This document shows positions 52,564 through 64,000 of a stretch of 64,000 nucleotides of DNA, one piece after another. Made by a program: the position numbers and the translations under genes. The notes beneath the pieces are model-generated. The model was not told where the DNA came from. It was given only the letters and a program-made list of their open reading frames with translations, and searched no databases. The first letter of the stretch is position 1. Every line of letters starts with the position of its first letter. The stretch is from Camelus dromedarius (Eukaryota), in NCBI RefSeq assembly GCF_036321535.1, contig NC_087436.1, positions 115,012,001 to 115,076,000 of the forward strand. The letters run 5' to 3'.

Positions 52564-52706
52564 CTTTCCTTGCTTCCCTCTCCCACTCTTAATGATTTAG
52601 ATGTCTTCTTTTACAATTTTGTGTTTATTCTATTTGTAACTCATGGTGGTTATCACCTTTCCAGTTATGAGTTTCTCATTTCTGTAGCATCTTTCTTCTT
52701 TTCTAT

Positions 52707-53606
52707 TTAGAGTAGACCTGTCAATATTTCTTTTAGCATGGGTTTATTGTTGCTAAACTCTTTTAGTTTTTGCTTGTCTGTGAAGTTCTTTATCTCTCCT
52801 TCTATTCTAAAGGATAGCCTTGCTGGATAGAGTATCCTAGGCTGCATCTTTTTTTCATTCAGGACTTGGAATATATCTGCCACTCCCTTCTGGACTGTAG
52901 TGTTTGTGTAGAGAAATCAGCTGAGAGCCTTATGGGGGTGCCCTTGTAACTCACTCTTTGTTTTTCTCTTGCTGCCTTTAGGATTATTTCTTTATCCTTG
53001 ACTCTGGCCATCTTGATTATGATAAGTCTTGGTGTGGATCTATTTGGGTTCTTCCTGTTTGGGACCCTCCGAGCCTCCTGTACTTGGATATCTGATTCCT
53101 TCTTTATGTTTGGGAAGTTTTCAGTCATGATTTCTTCAAGTATCTTTTCAATCCCCTTTGTTATTTCTCCCCCTCCTGGAACCCCTATTATGCGTAGATT
53201 GGCACACTTTATATTATCCCATAGTTCCCTTATATTATTTTCATTGTTTTTATTTGTTTTTCTCTCAGCTGTTCTGATTGGGTGCTTTCTGGTGTCCTGT
53301 CTTCTAGATCACTTATTCGTTCCTCTGCATTATCTAGCCTGCTTTGTACAGCCTTTAGTTCAGCTCTCACCTCAGCAAATGAGTTCACTATTCTACTTGG
53401 TTCTTCTTTATAGCTTCTATTTCATTTTTGACATATTTTATATTTCTAAACACTATTTATTTTAGTTCCTTCAGTACTTTGATCAGTCATTTTTTGAAAT
53501 CTTGATCTAGTAGGCCATCAATGTCTGTTTCCTTGATCGTGCTTTCAGGGGATTTCTCATGATCTTTTAATTGGGAGTGGTTCCTCTGCTTCCTCATAGT
53601 GCTCAT
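52707..53606 (-). pseudogene. Disrupted L1 ORF1p (RNA-binding chaperone)
   Basis: N-terminus MSTMRKQRNHSQLK... (ORF 53487-53714) and 'ENFPN...IQVQEARRVP...TPRLIIIKM...ILKAAREK...YKGTPIRLSADFS' (ORF 52859-53128); broken by frameshifts/stops. Confidence 0.9.
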
Positions 53607-54780
53607 ATCTCTCTGGCACTGTGACCAGTAGGCGGGTGGGTCACTCCCCCTCGCGATGCCGCAGTCAGATGCTGCACTCAGGCGAAGCAGGTGAGTGGAT
53701 CGCGCCCCCTCCAAGCACCATTGTCAGGTGCTGTGTTCCTACTGGAGAGGTGGGTGGCTGCCTGCCCTCTCCCGGCGCCAATCACTCCACTGCTCTGTGC
53801 AGCTGCCCGCTCCACCTCGGGTCAGCGCTCCATAGGTGGGCACGGGGAAGACTGCGGAACAGCCCTGCCCCTGCTCTGTGCCAAATCTCAGCTCCTTGTT
53901 TGTCTTGGCAGTGCGAGTTCTCTGAGGTTCCAGGGCAGAAAGATCCTATCTGCCTTGGGCTGTAAACAAGTCTCAGTCCTGCCTAGGAGGTTGTGCAACC
54001 CCTGGGTGCGGATTCAAGGCTTGGCCCCGCCCCCACCTGGGCGCTGCACACAGGAAGAGGTGGTGGCTGTGGCTGTGCCCCACCTCTCTTCTCACGAAAA
54101 GTGCCAGTAATGGCGAAGCGGGCCTGAGGAAACAAAGGCTATGATATCCCTCCTCCCAGGGCACAACAGCTGTGTTGCTTTGCTTTTTTCGCAATTTGTG
54201 GGGGACTGAGGCTGTTCTGCTCCGTATCCCCTCCCAGCCACGGTGCACAGGCCCCTGCAGTCCCCCGGGGCTGCCTCAGTGCAGCCGCCCCAGTCCTCTG
54301 CCCGGCTCAGGCAGCCTGTCCTGGCCCCAGCTGCTGGCTCACGTCTTGGGCTGGGTGTCACATGGACCCTTTGTGCTTAATTCTGTCATTCAAGGGGTGC
54401 TCGGGGCAGATCTGAGCCTTGGAGGCTCCCGCTTCATCCCCCTGGCCTCTCCGTTGGAGATGGGGAGATTCAGTGAACGAGCGCTAGTCCTCCTTTGCTT
54501 CTCCCTCCCCACAGGACTGGTCCCACACTGTTCTGCTTTTTCTTCTTTCTTTTTTCCTTTTCTCCTACCAGATTTTTGGTGTTTTTGTCTTTCGAAGAGG
54601 GCGATGTTCTGTCGGAGTTCGGCAGGTGCTCTGGTTGGCTGAGTGGGTCCGTAGATGTGAGTTTTGGTATATTTGTGGGAGAGGGTGAGCTACAAGCATC
54701 CTTCTACTCCACCATCTTGCTTCTCTCTCCCCTCAAGTCCCTTAAGGTACATTTTCTGAGACACTAAGAAAGGTGTTTAT

Positions 54781-55671
54781 GCATGAAAAAATGCTCAGTA
54801 TCACTAATTATCAGAGAAATGCAAATCAAAACTACAATGAGGTATCACCTCACAACGGTCAGAATGGCCATCATTAAAAACTCTACTAATGATAAATGCT
54901 GGAGAGGGTGTGGAGAAAAGGGAACCCCACTACACTGTTAGTGGGAATATAGTTTGGTGTAGCCATTATGGAAGACAGTATGGGGATTCCTCAATAAACT
55001 AAAAATAGACTTACCTTATGATCCAGAAATCCCACTCCTGGGCATATATCCAAAGGGAGCTATAACTCAAATAGATACAAACAACCCCAATGTTCATAGC
55101 AGCACTATTTACAACAGCCAAGACACGGAAACAACCTAAATGTCCATCGACAGATGACTGGATAAAGAAGCTGTGATGTATTTACACAATGGAATACTAC
55201 TCAGCCATAAAAAAGAATAAAATAATGCCATTTGCAGCAACATGGATGGACCTGGAGATTATCATTCTAAGTGAAGTAAGCCAGAAAGAGAAAGAAAAAT
55301 ACAATATGACATCACTCATATGTGGTATCTAAAAAAATAAAAAAGAAAACACTAATGAACTCATCTACAAAACAGAAACAGACTTGCAGACACAATAAAC
55401 AAACTTATGGTTCCATGGAGGGAAAAGGGATGGGAAGGGATAAATTGAGAGTTCAAGATTTACAAACACTAACTATTATATATAAAATAGACAAACAAGT
55501 TTCTTCTGTATAGCAAAGGGGACTATATTCAATATCTTGTAGTAACCTATAATGAAAAAGAATATGAAAACAAATATATGTTTGTCTATATATGACTGAG
55601 ACATTATGCTGTACACCAGAAATTGACACACTGTAAACTGACTACACCTCAATAAAAAAAAAAAATTAAAA
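54781..55671 (+). mobile_element. 5'-truncated lineage L1 (ORF2 cysteine-rich region and 3'UTR)
   Basis: 'atcagagaaatgcaaatcaaaactacaatgaggtatcacc'; aataaa plus polyA near 55651; probable TSD 54766-54780 / 55672-55686 (12/15 match). Confidence 0.9.
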
Positions 55672-57177
55672 AAGAGAAGTGGTTATGTAAGTGGCTACTT
55701 CTGATACGATATCCATTACTATATTTATTAACACCAAAACCAAAAATATCCCTGGGATATCTACAATTTGCCCATTTACTTAAGCCCCAGTTGCTTCATT
55801 TGCAAAGCAGTGGAGGTAACATTTTGTGGACTGACAACTGATGTAATAAACAGGAAGCACAGTTTCGGGGCTGGTGTAGGTGCTCAGAAGTGGCAGCATC
55901 TTTCTTACTATAGTGATTGCCTTCTTGCAAGTCTGCATCCCTGGTGTCCTCCGAGTGGTTCGCCATGATGAAACCTGCCGCAGCATGGAGAGATGGAGAA
56001 CCCAATCGACTCTTGTCAACAGGGCCCAGGATGATGGATGAAGATGAAGCCAGTGGGTCTGGGGTGATGGCTTCTGGGGGCTCATCTTGAAGTGCTTCGG
56101 TGAGGTCTGTTTTGTTTTGCTCTGTTTGGGATCATTTCTTTTGCCACTCCAGCTACGTAAAGATAATAATCGCGCCCATAGAACTGGTGACCTTTCACCT
56201 TCTCTCCCTTTGATAAAGTCTCATTTTCTAGCAAAACTATGACAAATGTCTCTTCCCTCGCCTTCAGTAAACTAGCAGATAATCTGTCTATTATGCTTAA
56301 GATCCTCTTACCCCGCAAGCCATGGGTGTTTGGTTTGGATTCCTCTGAATGGGGTGAACATTATATCTCTAACCTATGAAAAAGCTTTGGTCCTCTGCAG
56401 TGTTGGTGGAGCTAAATTTGTTTTCACAGCTGGTTGTACTTGGAGGAGGGTTAGCCGCCGTCCTGAAGGTTCTACCACGCCAGTTCATCCCTGAGCCTGC
56501 TGGGTGGTGGGGACTTCGAGCTGTTAACAGGAGGCGTGGAGGGAAGTCTAAAATAATCATTTATGATTTATTTATTCTTTTTTCCATCATGGAGTAAAAT
56601 GAGCAGATGCCAACATTTCTAGGGCCAGGGCTGTCTGGACGATGTGATGTTTGATAACCGACCTCAAATATTCATCTGCCGATAGGACAATCTGCAGGAC
56701 TAATAACAGAACCATATACTTATAGGCCACTTCACAATTTACAGCTAGGTTTACCTGTTCTTGGCCTCGATGGATTCCTGTAGAAATCCAGTGAGCTAGA
56801 AGCTACATTCTTGTATACCGTCATCTCACAGGTGAGGAAGGAAGAGGCTCCAAGGTGGTTATGTGGCTCGCCTGAGGTCACACAGCTTCATAAATCAGGT
56901 GGGCATCTTCAATTTCTAGCTCTTAGCCCTCAAACCCCTACTATGTCCATGACTATGTTGAGGAGGGACACCACGGGCCTTCTCTGCCACAGAGACGTCC
57001 CTGGGGTTCCCTGGGCCTTCTCTAGCAAGGCATGGAATTCTCACTATCCTGCCTTTGATTCAAGAATTTTAACCAGCCTTAATGAGCACCAATGTTGCAT
57101 CAGAAAGCTGCTTGGTACTCAGGTTATGGAGATGAACTGAAACAGAGAACCTGCCTTGGAGCAGCTTTTACTCTCAG

Positions 57178-57350
57178 CAGGGCTCTCCAGTATGATAGCC
57201 ACTAGCCATGTGTGGCTTTTTATGTTAAATTAAATAAAGCTAAGTGTTCAGCTACTCAGTTGTACTAGTCACAGTTCAAGTACCCACTAGCTATGGATGA
57301 CTAGTAGCTACTCTACTGAACATCCCAGAAAGCTGTCTGGGACAAAACTG
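57178..57350. mobile_element. MER3-like hAT-Charlie element
   Basis: 'atgatagccactagccatgtgtggct...tcagttgtactagtcacagttcaagtac'. Confidence 0.7.
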
Positions 57351-57524
57351 GTCTAGAATGAAGACAAGTAGGTGGGCCCAAGGAGGTGCATACCTGCTGC
57401 CACAGACTGACTTGAAAACACGTTAAGTTTATTATGAGACCTGGTATCTGTCTCCAGTAGCACCGATTTTTCAGTTTCTTTGCTCTGTGCTGGTGAATAA
57501 GACAATGCAATTAGATATTCCTCC

Positions 57525-58930
57525 AATCAACAAATATTTGCTTGTTCAGTATGTGCAGTGCTCTGGGCACTGGGAATACACTGGTGAATAGGACAGACAA
57601 GATCCTGCCATACACCAAGGGGAGCTGAAGAATTAAAGGAAAATGAACAAGAAAATATTATATGGTAATGATTAGGGATACGCAGGAAATGAAAATGTGC
57701 TGCTACTTTAAAGAGTGACCAAGTATGATTGAGATAAGGTGGTTGGGAAGATGCCTCTGGTAAGAAGATACTTAAGCTGCGCTGGAATGACACGAAGGGA
57801 CCTGACAGGGAAGGATCAAGAGCAACATAAATCATGGGACCAGCCAGGAAGAACGTGCTTGGTGAGCTCAGGGGACTTGCAGAAGCAGGGCTTGTCTGGA
57901 GCGTGGGTTAAAAGTTGGCAAGTAGCTCTAGGTGTTAAAGAAGTAAGCAGGGACGAGCCAGAGCTAAGAGTTTGGATTTCTCATAAGGCAGTGGGAAATT
58001 TTTAAGGTTAAAAACTTTAAAGTAGGAATATGTCATGACCTAATTTATGATGTAAGGGATGACTGCCCACAATATCTGGAGTGGATTACAGTGAAGTAAG
58101 AGTGGAAATAGGAAAGCTAGTTGGTAGACTGTTAAAGCAGTTCAGATGACAGAAGATAATAGCTTGGACCAGGGAGCAGCCAGGGAAGATAGGATGTAGT
58201 TAAGAGGTAGAGTCAATCAGGTCCACTGATGCAGTGGAGGGAGGACTTCGAAGGAAAGGATAGGTCCTAGACATGGAGCTTAAGCAGTAGGACAGATGGT
58301 GGTGCCGTCTACCAAGAATGAGAGCTTTGGCAGGTGTCCTGAAAGGCGGAGCCAAGGGAGAATGAAGAGAACTGAGTTCAGTCTGAGATGTGTATTAGGC
58401 GACCAGGGAAAGATACCAAATGGTAGTTGTTCATGTGAGTCTGGGAAATAATTCAGGGCTGGAGGAAACATTTTGGACTCTTTGATATACCAGTGGTGTT
58501 TAAAACTAAAGCCCTGGGTGAGTGAAAGAATGAATGTTGAGGAGACATGAAATCCCAGACCTGAGCCCAGGTCCTTCCAGCATTCAGAGGTCAAAGAGAA
58601 GAAACAGAATCAGCAGAGAAAAGCCCCGCGAATGTAAAGGGGAAACCCAGAAGCACATAGGGTCACCGAAGCCAGGACAAGAGAGAGTTTTGGAAGGAAT
58701 GGAGTAAACTGTGTCAAATAACATTGAGCTCAAATCCATTAAAAATGGGTCAAGACCATAGAGTTTTGCAAGAGAGAGGTTATTTGAATCCTTGGTAATT
58801 GAAGTCTTTTTTGGTGCATTTTCATATTTGGAGCCTGTAGAGGAGAGAGCGTAAGGTCAGAGAAGACAACAATTGACAACGCTTTCAAGACTTTTCTTAT
58901 AAAAATGAGTAGAAAAGAAATGGCAACTGA
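57525..58930 (-). mobile_element. Long L2 fragment (~1.4 kb) including the 3' end
   Basis: 'tcaacaaatatttg...gggcactgggaatacactggtgaataggacagacaagatcctgcc' followed by continuous antisense L2 motifs. Confidence 0.85.
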
Positions 58931-59143
58931 CAATGTATTTTATTAAAACCCATAGATCCAAAATATCATTTTAACGTGCAATCAGTTTTGAAATATAACA
59001 ACAAGATAATTTACATTTATTGTAATTGAACCAAGTCTTCAAAACCTGGTGTGTATTTTACAGTACGTCTTAATCCAGACCAGCCACATTTCAGGTGCTC
59101 AGCGTTCACATGTGGTTAGTGGCTGTCATTTTGGATAGAACAG
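58931..59143. mobile_element. MER33 hAT-Charlie fragment
   Basis: 'aagtcttcaaaacctggtgtgtattttaca...agccacatttcaggtgctca...cacatgtggttagtggct'. Confidence 0.8.
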
Positions 59144-59889
59144 GCATAAGGAGACCTGGAATCTCTCTTCCAGATGCTGGGGTGACCAAGGAGAGAGCAG
59201 AGGTCCCTTAGGACCGTTCTGTTGCTAAGAATATCTTTCTCATCTAGGTAGGAGTACGCCATCTCATAGAATTGCTTCAGAATTGTTTTATAATTTAATA
59301 TCTTCCTGGTGTACAATACTTTTCTCTCAGGTATGAACTCAGAAGCCTCTGATAATCAAATTTTAAGAGATCTGAGGTCTGTGAAATTTCAATGCTAAAC
59401 TTGATTTAAATAGTTGAGTGGTGTCAGAAAATTTGGTTTATAAGAGGGAGAAACAAGATAAACAGCAAGAACTGCTTTTTCTGGTGTTTGTAAATTAAAA
59501 AAATATGGATTATCAGGATATGAGGGGGAATAGAATTCGGAGAACTCTGAAAAAGTCATTAATGCTGTGGTTTTGTATGGTCTTTGTCAAAAGAGGCCTT
59601 TCTGAGTACAACTCAAATCAGGATGCTGGAGGCAGATTAAAAATCTCCATTTCTGAATGAAGTGTCTTGTCGCTGAGAATTTGGAGAGTCATCACTAATG
59701 GAAAAATGAGTTCAGGTAGCAGTTACAAACAGGGGGCCTGATGCAGGGGAAGTGTTCTATAGAGGCTTATTGACATGTATTGAAGATCTGTAAAAGAGAG
59801 GAAAACAATCAAATCGTTCACAAAAAGAAAAAAAAATAAGCAGACATTTTAGGGCATTCAATCAATGGTTGCATTTGTTCATTTTGACT

Positions 59890-60130
59890 AATGGTATTAC
59901 TTAGTCATTAAATATCTCAGTGATTCTGCAAATATTTATCAAACACCAGCATGTTAGGCCATAGACTAAGCTCTGAGGGTAACAGAAATGAATGACAACC
60001 CATCTTCAAAGAGCTCCAAGCTAACTGGAGAGACTGACAAACAGACATTTAGTTAGAAGGTGACACGTGCCTGGACAAAAGTAGGCATGAATTATAGTAG
60101 CACCTAAAATGATGCAGGTTTTAAATACGG
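59890..60130 (-). mobile_element. L2 3' fragment
   Basis: 'caaatatttatcaaacacc...cttcaaagagctccaagctaactgggagactgacaaa'. Confidence 0.6.
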
Positions 60131-60229
60131 AAGGTTTGGGAAAATGTCTGTGGTATGATGTTTAACGATGTTTCATTGGTGAAAGAAATAGTAAGATTTG
60201 AGCAAATTGGAGCTGCTAGAGTAAACTCA

Positions 60230-61385
60230 TGGCTTTCAATGGACGGTTACATATATAAACATGTATAAAAGTAAATGTGCACCTGTAGACACGTAGGTGT
60301 ATGCATACATATTTCTTAGCCTGTCTATTCAGAGGCTTGAAAGCAATGAGATTCAAGTAGCAATGAGTACACGCTGATGTAGAGACCAGATGTAGGTTTA
60401 CAAATACATTCTCACTGAAAGGAATGAGGATTCCATGGAGAAATGGACACTTTTGAGTCTGGGTCAACAAAATACATGCTGAACACTGAACATCCTATTT
60501 TCACAGACAGTAAAGAGGTATTCAAGGAATCATAACAGCACATCAAAGGATACAGAAGTCAGGTCAAAGGGGCTCTCACTGGCCAAAGCTGGGACAAATT
60601 TGGCATCACGATAATACTACTGGATTTCAATTCACTGAATAAAGTAGGAATCCATGAGTTTTTACTGATATAATGAATTAATGCAAAGAAGAGAAAGCTC
60701 TTCCTTAACAGTAGAATGCCAAATAATAAATGTAGACGGAGTTAATAGAATTATAAATTCACCACTTGATAACCATTACAATAATAACCCATTAAAGTAA
60801 GAATCATCAATGGATGCAAAAATAAGAGATGAAAGTTTAACGAGAAATAAGATATTTTCATAGTCTCAAAGTATTTCCTAACAAAATACCTTCTACTTAC
60901 AAATGAAGACATAATTACTTTATAGCAGAGAAACCTAGCAGACACCAATATCGTTATACGGTCATAGTTTACCTTGCCAATACCAGGACAAATCAATATT
61001 GAATACCACATATCAGGATACTGAAAACACAGCATCACTTCTGTGATGTTGCTGCTACAAATGCATAATCTAAATCTAATCATGAGAAATTATTGTGTTA
61101 ATTTGAACTTCTGGTTTTGAGGACAATAATGTGGTTATGTAAGAGATTTTGTTTGTTTTTAGGAAATATATACTGGAGTATTTAGGATAATAGCCATGTC
61201 TACAAATTAATCTCAACTGTTTCATAAAAATTCAATACATGTGCATGTAAGATGAAAGAGAGAATGAGAAAGTAATTGTGGTAAGTATTAACAGTTGGGG
61301 AATCTGAAGGACTTCTTGTATTATAGTTGAAATTATTCTACTGTTTTGAATTCTTTTGTTGAATAAAATAAAATTAGGGAAAAAA
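60230..61385 (+). mobile_element. L1MC/MD-type 3'UTR
   Basis: 'agtagcaatgagtacac', 'ggggctctcactggccaaagctgggacaa', 'aaatgcataatctaaatctaatcatgag', A-rich end. Confidence 0.75.
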
Positions 61386-61504
61386 ACACACAAACAAAAA
61401 AAAAACAACACGGATGGCCAAGTCTGGTGCTTGCCTAACTCCAAACTAACCCCAGTTGTGGTTTTGTTCAGATATCAGAAAAGGTAAGCCCAACTACTTA
61501 ATAT

Positions 61505-61905
61505 AGGAAGTGGTTAATATGTGACACAGTTCTGGACAATGAGTTGTAAGAACAATGACTGGGAATCCTTTGGGGAAGGATTCTCCTCCATGAAAATAGG
61601 AAGCCCTATGAAGAGAAATTTCCTGTCCCATGATCTACTTGTCCCTTGCCTACTCATCCACAATGCTGCTTCTGAATGTACTTGTATAAATATGTGATAC
61701 ATGGAGCAGTTGCAGCCATTATGTAGTCATGAGGTCAGGTTAATCTTAGAGATGCTAATCCTAATATCATTTGCCACTAAGGCAATACCAACAGCAATGA
61801 TCTATTTCCAGACTTCTTGTTATTAGTGAACAATAAAAAACGAGTTTAGGCTATTTCTAGTCAAATGTTGTTATTTGCAGCTGCAGGCATTCCTAACAGA
61901 TGCAT
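61505..61905 (+). mobile_element. MaLR MLT1 (J/I-like) LTR
   Basis: 'atgtgacacagttctggacaatgag...tggagcagttgcagccatt...gttatttgcagctgcaggcattcctaacagat'. Confidence 0.7.
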
Positions 61906-62669
61906 ACTACAGTAGCAACAACACAAATGACTTCCACAAAAGAGCTGGTGGAAAAATGTGAAATATCACTCTGGAAAAGCACGTCCTAGGGTAGTGTCAA
62001 CACTGTGTTGGATTTCCTGTGGAAAAGGATCAGTTTGCTTATTAATATGTGGCTTCATAACCACAAGGATTGGTTAGAAATTTTAAGAAAACAGAAAGGC
62101 ATTTTGTCTACTTACATCTCTTTGCTTTAAAATATTGTGGGCATTCTGAGGACTTCATAAACACTGAATCTTAAGAACCCACTAAGAATACTCGCACAAG
62201 GCCAAGTTCAGTTTTATGTCTGTATGGCATCTACCATATGCAGGGGTTTTCAAGAAACACTCCAACGTTTTCATAAAAGAACCCCTGATGCCTGAATATT
62301 AGGAATGCATTTCTGTACCAGGATGTGGTCATCGGTGAAGACAAAAAATGTTTTTACTGAATTTTTGTGAATTCATTTTCCCTCCTTTCTTTTTTTTTGG
62401 TAAATTTTATGTAACCTTAAACTGTTCCATGTTTTTAAACACTCAGTTAAAACATCGGATCTGACATTATTTATTTTAAGGATTCACATAATCCAGTAGT
62501 GAGAGGCAGGAGCTACTGTGTGGCATCTTGGAATTAGCATGAAAAAACAGAGCAAGTGCTTTGAATAGTAGAGCAAATATATAATGAACTCTTCAGTTGA
62601 GAGGAAAATTGGTGTGACCCCTCACAGTAAGTTCTTGTGGGAAAGTGGAACTCATTTTTTTAAACTACA

Positions 62670-63690
62670 ACAAAAACTTTTTTGGGGGGATTTTTGGTTG
62701 ACGTTATATTGAATCTACACATTAACCCAGGAGAGAAGCGTCATCTTTACAATATTGAACTTTCTAGTCTGTGAACATAATACATATTTCAATTTATTTT
62801 GATATTCTGTAATGTCTCAATAGAATCTTATTTGTCATTTTGAAGAAAGTTTGTATCTTTTATTGGCTTTATTTATATATACTTGATATTTCTGTTGCTA
62901 TTGAAAGTAGTATCTTTTAAATATTTTATTTTCTTCCCTTTGTTGTCAATATAGAGAAATTAAAATTAAGCTGATTTTTTCCAAAATAATTTTAAAATCC
63001 AGAGATCTTTCATAAAATTTCCTATTTGTAATGAATTATCTGTATATTTATTAGGATTATCAGTGCACCCAAACACACCACTGGCAAATACTAAGTTTTG
63101 TTCCTTTATTTCTAGTCCATGTGCTTTTTTCTTCTTTTTGCCCTATGATATAGCTTGTACTCCAGAACAATATTGAAAAGTAGTAGTATAACAGACAGCC
63201 TTTTCTTGTTCCCAGTCCCAGAAGAAAGGCTTTCTCTATTTCACCACTGTCTATTGTGTTTGACACAGATGCTTGTCTGTTTTATCTACGTTTTTATACT
63301 ACTTATTTGCTCATAAGAACTTTTAATTTTTAATGTATTCCAGATCTGTGCTGCTGTTTCCTTTTCAGTCTTGATGTCAATTTTTTGTGCCTTCTCTCTT
63401 CTTTTGATCAGTCTCACCAGAGTGTTTTTTATCAATTTTATTAGAATTTTCAGAGGACCAATTTTAGTTTTGCTCATAGTTCCTGTTGTATTTTTTTCTA
63501 CCTCTGCTCTTCTCTTTTCTTTACTTCCATCAATTCTCTTTCTGCTTATTTTGCTGTTATTTTACAGATATGTGCATCAGAAGCTGTGCATTTCCCTAGG
63601 AATACTGTTTTTGCCTGCATCCCACAAGTCTTGATATATATTATTATCATTTTGCTCAAAATATTATATAAATTCCCTCATGACTTTGTT
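62670..63690 (-). mobile_element. Old L1 ORF2 fragments
   Basis: Minus ORFs with L1-like remnants ('GEIEKAFLLGLGTRKGCLL', 'LVRLIKRREKAQK'). Confidence 0.75.
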
Positions 63691-64000
63691 TTTATTTTTT
63701 TTTTTTACTGAGATACAATTGACGTATACCATTACATTAGTTTCAGGTGTGCAACACAATGATTCAATATCTGTGTATATTGCAAAGTGATAACCACAGT
63801 AAGTCTAGTTAACATCCATCACCACACGCAGTGGCAATTTTTTTATGATAAGAATTTTTAAGATTTACTCTTAGTAGTTTTAAAATACGCAATAGATTAT
63901 TATTTTTTAAAATTATTATTGTTCTATCCAATTTGTTTTATTTTTAATTGAAGTATAATTGATTCACAATATACATTTGTTTCAGGTATTCAGCACAGTC
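63685..64000 (-). mobile_element. Two L1 3' termini (second begins ~63935 and runs off the window)
   Basis: polyT plus 'gagatacaattgacgtatacc...tttcaggtgtgcaaca', then 'ttgaagtataattgattcacaat...tttcaggt'. Confidence 0.75.

Larger units (their letters stand above)
51884..54731 (-). mobile_element. Internally deleted lineage L1: 5'UTR, ORF1, short inter-ORF, ORF2 C-terminus, 3'UTR, polyA
   Basis: Sense 5' end 'gggagagagaagcaagatggtggagtagaag'; GC/CpG-rich 5'UTR ~53610-54731; TSD ctcaagtcc(a/c)tt at 51872-51883 and 54732-54743. Confidence 0.9.

Noticed and set aside
53610..54731. Host CpG-island promoter with overlapping ORFs
   Set aside because: It is the L1 5'UTR; the ORFs reflect GC richness
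51884..55671. Single twin-primed (5'-inverted) L1 insertion
   Set aside because: Both parts have their own polyA and apparent TSD, and they duplicate the same 3' region, so they are two insertions
237..63634. ORF-track entries as host protein-coding genes
   Set aside because: All are short (175 aa or less), many overlap repeats or low-complexity sequence, and none resembles a known protein except the L1 ORF1/ORF2 remnants

Overview
Repeat-rich mammalian non-coding DNA (intergenic or deep intronic). It is most likely camelid, judging from two tRNA-Ala-derived Vic-1-type SINEs and the absence of Alu, B1, Bov-tA, PRE1 or SINEC elements. No host protein-coding gene can be supported; the only recognisable ORFs are broken LINE-1 ORF1/ORF2 remnants. 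The window is a layered mosaic of ancient repeats (MIR, L2, L3/CR1, MaLR/ERVL LTRs, hAT MITEs, old L1M and HAL1) and younger insertions (ERV1 solo LTRs with 4-bp TSDs, lineage-specific L1s, SINEs). The most notable observations are: (1) a TSD-flanked ~2.85-kb L1 derivative with full 5'UTR and ORF1 joined directly to the ORF2 C-terminus, at a junction that looks like a splice junction (half-L1/spliced-retrocopy candidate); (2) an exact 57-bp locally templated insertion flanked by a perfect 14-bp inverted repeat; (3) a chimeric ERV1 LTR head-to-head with another solo LTR; (4) a MER53 hairpin resembling miR-1302; (5) a cluster of candidate + strand exons. Repeat family names come from recall of consensus sequences, not a database search, and boundaries of old repeats are approximate.
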